From positions 1 through 26,589 of IMG/VR virus record IMGVR_UViG_3300049137_000137: a DNA stretch of 26,589 nucleotides, one strand, 5' to 3'. Positions within the stretch are counted from its first letter, which is position 1. Each line of letters begins with the position of its first letter. Source of the DNA: a virus. Taxonomy: Duplodnaviria; Caudoviricetes. A program made the position numbers and the translations under genes. Positions 1-6,100 of this stretch are shown piece by piece. Under the pieces are notes generated by a model that did not search any database, had not been told where the DNA came from, and worked only from the letters and a program-made list of their open reading frames with translations.

Positions 1-2
1 GA

Positions 3-566
3 GCTGACGGCCGGCCGCTGTATGTCGGGTGGGCGGGGACGTCGTCGACGGTGGCGGAGTTGCCGGAGACGGTGCGCGCCTTGAATCGGATCTCGCAGTA
101 CCGGCGGCCGGGTGGGGTGGTGGTGCGGTTGGTGGGGATCGATGCGAAGCAGGCGATGGGCCTCGGGTTGAAAGGCCGCCAGATCGGTGCGCTCGGCTGG
201 GTGGAGCGGGTGGAGCACTACCTCCAGGCGGTGGAGGAGTTCGACATCTGGTGCGCGCCGTACCGTGGCACGCCGTTCAATTCGGCGAAGTTTCCGACGA
301 AGTGGCTGGAATCGTCGGTCCTGGGCATCCCGTTGATCGCGTCGGACACTCCGGCGTACCGGGCGGTAATCCGGCATGGGGAGAACGGGTTCCTTGTGCG
401 GTACGAGCACGAGTGGGGCCGTCTGCTGAAGCGTCTCGCCGACGATCCGGAGCTTCGTCAGCGGGTCGGGATGACCGCGCGTGGTGAGGCGTCGGGGTCG
501 ATCATGCAGGCGTTGCATCACCAGTGGGAGGACGCCGTACGCGTACCCGTGGAGGTGACGGCGTGA
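3..566 (+). CDS. Glycosyltransferase, GT-B fold (GT4-like) C-terminal domain; 5' end lies outside the window
   Basis: Frame is open from base 3 (ADGRPLYVGWAGTSST...). Contains PFNSAKFPTKWLESSVLGIPLIASD and GENGFLV, typical of the GT4/Glycos_transf_1 nucleotide-sugar-binding domain. Confidence 0.85.
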   Translation, partial: ADGRPLYVGWAGTSSTVAELPETVRALNRISQYRRPGGVVVRLVGIDAKQAMGLGLKGRQIGALGWVERVEHYLQAVEEFDIWCAPYRGTPFNSAKFPTKWLESSVLGIPLIASDTPAYRAVIRHGENGFLVRYEHEWGRLLKRLADDPELRQRVGMTARGEASGSIMQALHHQWEDAVRVPVEVTA

Positions 567-760
567 CGAACCTCGCCAACTACCGGGTAGCCGCCGACGA
601 GCCTTCCGCTGACGCGCCGATCGTCGCTCTTGTCTGCGAGATCTGCTCCCAGAGCAGCGGCCGAGGCGACGTTCGATGGTGGGGGCAGGGCTACAGCCCG
701 TCCGTGCCTGACCTCATCGCCGAGGCCGAACGGCACGAGGAGAAGGGCCATGCCCAATGA
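563..760 (+). CDS. Small hypothetical protein, possible Zn-binding (CxxC...HxxxxH)
   Basis: GTG at 563 overlaps the upstream stop (GTGA) and follows a GGAGG RBS. Protein has CEIC and HEEKGH. Confidence 0.65.
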   Translation: MTNLANYRVAADEPSADAPIVALVCEICSQSSGRGDVRWWGQGYSPSVPDLIAEAERHEEKGHAQ

Positions 761-966
761 CGGGCCCGGAGCATTACCGCGAAGGTGAGGAGCGACTGCG
801 CGCCAGCGACTACCAGCGCGCGCAAGCAGGCGACGAAGGCGACCTCACCACCGCCATCCACGAAGCCGCCATGGCCCAAGCCCACTTCACAGCCGCGCTC
901 GTCGCCCTCACCGCTGAGGACAAGTTCGTCACCAGCGTCTCCTGGCAGAAGGCGGTCGGCTGGTGA
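757..966 (+). CDS. Small hypothetical phage protein
   Basis: ATGA/GTGA overlaps with both neighbours. MTGPEHYREGEERL...AQAHFTAAL resembles small actinophage proteins. Confidence 0.7.
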   Translation: MTGPEHYREGEERLRASDYQRAQAGDEGDLTTAIHEAAMAQAHFTAALVALTAEDKFVTSVSWQKAVGW

Positions 967-1835
967 AGATCCTCGTCACCGGTGCGGCCGGGTTCATCGG
1001 CAGCCACCTCGTCCGGGCACTCGAAGCGCGCGGCCACAACCCTGTCTTCGGCGCCGACAAACGCAACGGCCACTCCACCAGCGACTGGCCCTTCATGCAG
1101 TGGATCACCAGGCGCGGTAAGCCGGACATCATCGTCCACCTCGGCGCGTCCTGCTCCACCTCGGTGAGCCTCGCCAACCCCGCCCGCGACTTCAAGGACA
1201 ACGTCGTTGGCACCTTCAACGTCGCCGAAGCCGCGAGGCTTGCGGGCAACATCCCCGTCGTCTTCACGTCCTCCGTGAAGGTCCACCCGGGCGCCGACGG
1301 GCTCACTGCCCCCCTCGGCCTGTCCAAGGCCGTCGGCGAGGACTACCTGAGGCTCTACCGCGAGCTGTACGGGCTGCCGTCCGTCATCCTCCGGCCCTCC
1401 ACCGTCTACGGGCCCGGCCAACGCGGCACGAGCGAGGCGGGCTGGGTGACCTGGTTCCTTCGCGCCTTCCACGACGACAAGCCCATCACCATCCACGGCG
1501 ACGGCAGCCAGTCCCGAGACATCCTCTACATCGACGACTTCACAAGTCTGCTTGTCGACATAGTCGAGCACCACGCCGACTACGCCACCGCGCCCGAGCC
1601 ATACGACGTCGGCGGCGGACCGGAGAACGAGGTCGGCCTCCTCGAACTCCTCCACCGCCTGGAAGCCGAGACCGGCCGCCAGCAGCCCGTCACCCACGAC
1701 GAGCGCCTCCCCGGCGACCTCCAGCGAGTCGTCACCGACAACACCGCCATCACCAGCGTGCGCGGCTGGAAGCCCACCACCGACTGGACCGACGGCGTCC
1801 GGGCCACCCTCGACTGGATGCGGAGGAACCCGTGA
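963..1835 (+). CDS. NAD-dependent epimerase/dehydratase (extended SDR), RfbE/CDP-tyvelose epimerase-like, with a non-canonical active site
   Basis: ILVTGAAGFIGSHL (GxxGxxG), RPSTVYGPGQ, GWVTWF, GDGSQSRDILYIDD and GGGPENEVGLLELL. The YxxxK position reads LGLSK. Confidence 0.9.
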   Translation: MKILVTGAAGFIGSHLVRALEARGHNPVFGADKRNGHSTSDWPFMQWITRRGKPDIIVHLGASCSTSVSLANPARDFKDNVVGTFNVAEAARLAGNIPVVFTSSVKVHPGADGLTAPLGLSKAVGEDYLRLYRELYGLPSVILRPSTVYGPGQRGTSEAGWVTWFLRAFHDDKPITIHGDGSQSRDILYIDDFTSLLVDIVEHHADYATAPEPYDVGGGPENEVGLLELLHRLEAETGRQQPVTHDERLPGDLQRVVTDNTAITSVRGWKPTTDWTDGVRATLDWMRRNP

Positions 1836-2590
1836 AAGTCGGCGTCATCATCCCCGCCCGCAACGCCCTGCCCTGGATCGGCGACATGCTCGCCTCCATC
1901 CAGGCCCAGACCTACACCGCGCACGCCTACCTCGCCGAAGACCGATCCGACGACGGCACGTACGAGTGGCTGCGCGAGCACGCCGACCTGTGGGCCGGCA
2001 TGCGTCGGAACCGGAAGCGTCTCGGCTGGGCAGGCAGCCTCAACGCCGCCGCGCGCCTGGCCCTCGCCGACGGCTGCGACGCGGTCTTCACCGCGTCCGC
2101 CGACGACCGCCTGCACCCCGAGTGCATCGCCCGCTGCGTTGCCGCACTCACCGCCGACGGTGGCCACGACTTCGTCATCCCTCACGCGCAGCAGTTCGGT
2201 GAAGCCGACACCGTCCAGGCATCCCTCCCGGACGCTGCCCTGGACGACCTTGTCCGCTGGCCGCCGCTGATCGACAAGGGCTTGTTTCCGCGTGTGACGT
2301 GGGAGGCGGTGGGCGGCTACTCCGTGAAGGCGACGCTGCCCGGTAGCTACGGGTGTGCGGAGGACTGGGATTTCTGGCTCCGGATCTGGAAGGCGGGGCT
2401 GACCCGGTATGCGGTGGTGGAGAAGCCGCTGTACTTCGTGCGTGTCCACCCCGGCCAGTTGTCCGACACCCGCGGCGAGCACCACGCGGCGACGGTCGAC
2501 CTGCTGCGGTCGCTGCATCCTGACCTGCCGTGGCCGGACGACGCGCACGTCTGGCCGCCACAGCACCGCACCACAAGGAGGACCGCGTGA
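1832..2590 (+). CDS. Glycosyltransferase family 2 (GT-A fold)
   Basis: VIIPARNA, LASIQAQTY, EDRSDDGT, SADD metal-binding motif and EDWDFWLRI. Confidence 0.9.
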   Translation: MKVGVIIPARNALPWIGDMLASIQAQTYTAHAYLAEDRSDDGTYEWLREHADLWAGMRRNRKRLGWAGSLNAAARLALADGCDAVFTASADDRLHPECIARCVAALTADGGHDFVIPHAQQFGEADTVQASLPDAALDDLVRWPPLIDKGLFPRVTWEAVGGYSVKATLPGSYGCAEDWDFWLRIWKAGLTRYAVVEKPLYFVRVHPGQLSDTRGEHHAATVDLLRSLHPDLPWPDDAHVWPPQHRTTRRTA

Positions 2591-2874
2591 CCGACCGCCC
2601 CAGCGTGAACGTGCACGCGATCCTTCTCGGCCTGTTCAGCGTCGCCCACACCCCTGAAGGGGCCGAACACGCGGCCCGAACCGTCCTTGAGATCCACGCC
2701 CACGAACTCGCTCAGCAGCAGCGAGCCGAAGCTGATCGTCGCCAAGCGCACGAAGTGGATCGATTCGGTCGGCTCGACCACGAGACCGCGCTCCAGTTGG
2801 ACGCCGTGCGCGACGCTGCCAACTTCATCGACCCGAAGGCGCAGGACGCCAGCACCGAAGGAGACACCCCGTGA
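2587..2874 (+). CDS. Small hypothetical phage protein (AHELA motif)
   Basis: GTG at 2587 follows AAGGAGG, with GTGA overlaps at both ends. Shares AHELA with the next ORF. Confidence 0.7.
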   Translation: MTDRPSVNVHAILLGLFSVAHTPEGAEHAARTVLEIHAHELAQQQRAEADRRQAHEVDRFGRLDHETALQLDAVRDAANFIDPKAQDASTEGDTP

Positions 2875-3086
2875 CAGCGCAGGACGACCTCTACCGCCTC
2901 GCGTGCAGCGACATGCCTGTCACGGGCTCCGAGGTGAACGAAGCCATCATCGCGTTCGCCCACGAATTGGCGGAGATGCTCCGGCAGGACACCACGGCTA
3001 CCGGCGAAGTCAATGACCAGTACGCGCTGCTGTACGCCGACCTCATCGAGCGGACCGTGCGGGCCGCTGCCACCGAAGGAGACACC
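2853..3086 (+). repeat. 16-bp direct repeat CACCGAAGGAGACACC at 2853-2868 and 3071-3086
   Basis: Two exact copies read directly from the sequence. Each contains the RBS of the following gene. Confidence 0.9.
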
Positions 3087-3092
3087 ACATGA
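2871..3092 (+). CDS. Small hypothetical phage protein (AHELA motif)
   Basis: GAAGGAG RBS and 4-nt overlaps at both ends. Confidence 0.7.
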   Translation: MTAQDDLYRLACSDMPVTGSEVNEAIIAFAHELAEMLRQDTTATGEVNDQYALLYADLIERTVRAAATEGDTT

Positions 3093-3955
3093 TCGACGGC
3101 AAGCGCGTCATCGCCTGGACCCCCTACGGACGAGTCAGGACGTACAGCATCCTGATCCAGTACCTCCAGCGGGACGTGGAGCGCGGCCTCGTCGACGAGG
3201 TATGGGCCTACATGAACACCGACCCCGTCGGCCAGGAAGACGACATCGCCTACGCCCACCAGCTCGCCGAACAGCACGACTGGTTCCACCTCAAGCACCG
3301 GCCCGAAGGCATCGACCTCGGCCACCTGCCCAAGCAGCGGTACACCGGCCTCGCCTACCGCGAGATGACCGACCCCAACGCGGTCTATCTGAGGCTCGAC
3401 GACGACGTCGTGTACATCCACGAAGCAGCCGTGGAGAACCTCGTCCGCGCCCGCTTCCAAATGCCCGCCCCCACCGCCGTCTTCCCGGTCATCTTCAACA
3501 ACGCCATCTGCTCCCACTTCCTCCAGGCATGCGGGAAGGTGCCCACGGACTGGGGCATCGTGGCCGCGTACTGCATGGACCCGATCGGCTGGGCCAACGG
3601 CCCGTTCGCCGTGAAGCTCCACGAACTGCTCCTCGACCACATCGAGGCCGGCACAGTCGAAGACCTCTACCTGTACCAGGACTTCCCCATCCAGCCCGGC
3701 ACCCAGTTCTCCGTCTCCTGCTTCGCCAGCCTCGGCAGCATGTACGCCGGGCTGGACGAACCCGGAGTCCTCGTCCCTGACGAGGAAGAGTCCTGGCACA
3801 CCGTGCACCGGCCGCTCGCCACCGGCGCACCGAACATCCTCCGAGGCGATGCGATCGTCAGCCACTGGTCGTTCTTCCCGCAGCATCCGTTCCTCAACAG
3901 CACCGACCTCCTGGACCGGTACCGGGAGCTCGCAGATAAGGCGGTCACCGCATGA
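3089..3955 (+). CDS. Putative GT-A fold glycosyltransferase (DDD motif)
   Basis: N-terminal VIAWTPYGR and YLRLDDDVVYIH (hydrophobic strand followed by DxD), then VFPVIFNN. No transmembrane segment. Confidence 0.7.
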   Translation: MIDGKRVIAWTPYGRVRTYSILIQYLQRDVERGLVDEVWAYMNTDPVGQEDDIAYAHQLAEQHDWFHLKHRPEGIDLGHLPKQRYTGLAYREMTDPNAVYLRLDDDVVYIHEAAVENLVRARFQMPAPTAVFPVIFNNAICSHFLQACGKVPTDWGIVAAYCMDPIGWANGPFAVKLHELLLDHIEAGTVEDLYLYQDFPIQPGTQFSVSCFASLGSMYAGLDEPGVLVPDEEESWHTVHRPLATGAPNILRGDAIVSHWSFFPQHPFLNSTDLLDRYRELADKAVTA

Positions 3956-4185
3956 ACCAGCCCCAGGGCCAGCAGGTCAGCGTCGAGGATGCGTTCCCCG
4001 TCTACCGGCAGCGGTGCGGCGAGCTCTTCGACGAGACGCTCATCCTCCGTTCCAAGGTCGCGGTCCTGGAGCAGCAGCTTGCGGCAGCCCGGGAAGAGAA
4101 TGAGCGCCTCCGTCAGGCGGCCGGCGTATCCGACGGGCCCGACCTTGCCGCGCCGCCGACGTACCCGCAGGGCGACGACCGTTAG
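3952..4185 (+). CDS. Small coiled-coil protein, last gene of the plus-strand operon
   Basis: ATGA overlap. Heptad-like LRSKVAVLEQQLAAAREENERLRQ. Confidence 0.65.
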   Translation: MNQPQGQQVSVEDAFPVYRQRCGELFDETLILRSKVAVLEQQLAAAREENERLRQAAGVSDGPDLAAPPTYPQGDDR

Positions 4186-4186
4186 T

Positions 4187-4267
4187 TCAGGGCCGGCGCC
4201 AGCCGAGCATCACCCCGATGGCGATGACGCCGACCTCGATGAGCAGCAGCAGTTCGAACGTGGACAC
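4187..4267 (-). CDS. 26-aa single-pass membrane peptide MSTFELLLLIEVGVIAIGVMLGWRRP
   Basis: AGGAGG RBS (4273-4278) lies 5 nt before GTG and overlaps the upstream stop. The ORF fills the intergenic gap. Hydrophobic core with a basic C-terminus. Confidence 0.7.
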   Translation of the reverse strand: MSTFELLLLIEVGVIAIGVMLGWRRP

Positions 4268-4276
4268 GGTGGCCTC

Positions 4277-4468
4277 CTAGATGGCAGTTGAGGTGATGTC
4301 GGACCTGCGGGACTGAACGTTCGTGGCGCCGGGGATCTCTGCGAGGAAGGTGCGCACGTGCGCGGCGAGTGCGGCTTCGTCGATTTCCCCGCCGTCGGAC
4401 ACGGTGATGGTGACGGTGGGGTTGGTGTTCGGGGTGGTGGCGGTGACGGCGATGTTCGGGTAGTCCAC
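4277..4468 (-). CDS. Small hypothetical protein after the tail fibre
   Basis: AAGGGAG RBS before GTG; contiguous with the tail operon. Confidence 0.65.
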   Translation of the reverse strand: MDYPNIAVTATTPNTNPTVTITVSDGGEIDEAALAAHVRTFLAEIPGATNVQSRRSDITSTAI

Positions 4469-4478
4469 GGGTTCTCCC

Positions 4479-5516
4479 TTATGCGACGCGTTCGAGGGTC
4501 ATGAATGATCCGGCTTGGACGGTGGTGGCGTTGGCGTCGGAGGCGTTCTGCGCCCACTGGAGTTGGAGGTTCCCAGCGTTGGCTCCGACGATGAGGAGTC
4601 CGGTGATTTCGATGCCGATGACGCTGGTGGTCAGGCCGTAGGAGGCGACCGTGCTGCCGCTGGTGGCGGTGTTCCGGGCGATGTATTCGCCGTCACCGAA
4701 TGCGCCGGAGGCGATGAGGGTGTGGGGGCCCTTGCCGGAGAAGTGGCAGGTTGCGCCGGTGGGGAAGGTGAACGCGAATTTGATGTCGCCGTTGGCGTCG
4801 GTGGCGTCGGTGGCCATGATCCAGACGCGGTAGAAGTAGGTGGCGCTGGCTGCGACGGCGAGGACGAGTTCGTTGTCGTTCTGCAGGGTCGTGGACGAGG
4901 TGACGGATTCGTCGGCGGTCTTCCGAACGAAGGCCCGGTAGCCGATTCCGGTGACGGACAGGTTGCCGGTCACGGACAGGTTGGCGGTGGTGGTGAGGCT
5001 GCCGGTGAGGGTGAGGGCGCCGACGCCGCTGCGGGCGAGACCGGTGTCGGTGGCGGTGGAGCCGCCGGGTCCCCAGTTGGTGTTGCCGTCGGTGTCGACG
5101 AGGTAGCGGGATTGGGTGTCGCCGGTGACGCGGAGGCTGATGGCGTCGGTGCTGGTGGCCGCGTTGAGGATGGCGATGCTGGCGGTACTGCTGCTGGTGC
5201 CGATGTTGAGTTGTTTGCCGCTGGTCAGGTCGAGGTCTGCGTTGAACGTGCTGCTGCTGTTGGGGATCTGTACCCAGGACGCGGACGCGGGCGCGGTGCC
5301 GTTGGAGAAGTACGTGCGGTAGGTCGTGTCGGACTCGGCGATCGCCTTGCCGGAGTACGGCGACGACGGCCGGGTGGACGAGGTGACGACCTGGAACCCG
5401 ACAGCCGCGTCGATCTTGTCGAGGTTCTGGCCGATGTCCTGGCTGTAGTCGACCAGTTCGGAGCCGTCCGACAGCGACTTGTACATGCCCAGGCGGGTGG
5501 TGGGGCTGTCAGGCAC
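4479..5516 (-). CDS. Minor tail protein / tail fibre (candidate receptor-binding protein)
   Basis: Position at the end of the tail module. Ser/Thr/Gly-rich beta repeats, NLDKIDAAVG N-terminal anchor and C-terminal LQLQWAQNAS...GSFMTLERV domain. Confidence 0.75.
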   Translation of the reverse strand: MPDSPTTRLGMYKSLSDGSELVDYSQDIGQNLDKIDAAVGFQVVTSSTRPSSPYSGKAIAESDTTYRTYFSNGTAPASASWVQIPNSSSTFNADLDLTSGKQLNIGTSSSTASIAILNAATSTDAISLRVTGDTQSRYLVDTDGNTNWGPGGSTATDTGLARSGVGALTLTGSLTTTANLSVTGNLSVTGIGYRAFVRKTADESVTSSTTLQNDNELVLAVAASATYFYRVWIMATDATDANGDIKFAFTFPTGATCHFSGKGPHTLIASGAFGDGEYIARNTATSGSTVASYGLTTSVIGIEITGLLIVGANAGNLQLQWAQNASDANATTVQAGSFMTLERVA

Positions 5517-6099
5517 GAGGGCTTCCCTTCATCGGGTTGTTGTCCAGATCCCGCACCGGCTTCGGGGCCCGGCCCTGGGCGATGAGGCGCCGCTGGTGGA
5601 TCGCCTGCGCCTTCGCCTGCACGCGGGCGGGGTCGATGCCGTGGCTGGTGCGGATCGCGTCCAGCGGATCCTTCTTGCCTTTCGGGGGCGCGACTCGCAC
5701 GCGGTGCTGCTTGGCGTACTCGATCCGCACCCGATGCGCGGCGCGCGCTTCACCCGCATCCCTCGCGGTGTACAAGGTGGTCGGGATCAGATCGCCCTTA
5801 CGGGCCGTCCCCCGCGACACCAGCGCCGGCGACAGCATGCCAGCAGCGCCGGCGGGATCTTCGCCGCCCGGGTCGTCGGGGCTGGGGGCGTACGGCTGGT
5901 GCAGGGCGATGTCGAGGAGGTCGTCCACGGCGGTCGGGTCGATGCCGTATTCGGCGGCCAGGTTCTCCAGTGTGGCCTTCGGGAAGATGTGGTCGTGGAG
6001 GGTGCCGTCGGGTTTCAGCATCACGATGTGCCAGCACGGCGTATCCGGGTTGGGCCAGTACTCGCCGACCGATTGGACGGTGTATTCGCTTGCTGCCAT
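5509..6099 (-). CDS. Hypothetical tail-module protein
   Basis: Tightly packed between minor tail genes with phage-like codon usage. Confidence 0.65.
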   Translation of the reverse strand: MAASEYTVQSVGEYWPNPDTPCWHIVMLKPDGTLHDHIFPKATLENLAAEYGIDPTAVDDLLDIALHQPYAPSPDDPGGEDPAGAAGMLSPALVSRGTARKGDLIPTTLYTARDAGEARAAHRVRIEYAKQHRVRVAPPKGKKDPLDAIRTSHGIDPARVQAKAQAIHQRRLIAQGRAPKPVRDLDNNPMKGSPRA

Positions 6100-6100
6100 G

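Noticed and set aside
2083-2110. GT2 metal motif reads SADD instead of DADD
   Set aside because: xADD variants are common among GT2 enzymes and the other motifs are intact, so it is not evidence of inactivation.
810-3948. Minus-strand ORFs over the glycosylation operon (810-1697, 1580-2566, 2891-3886)
   Set aside because: Shadow frames of genes with clear enzyme motifs on the plus strand.
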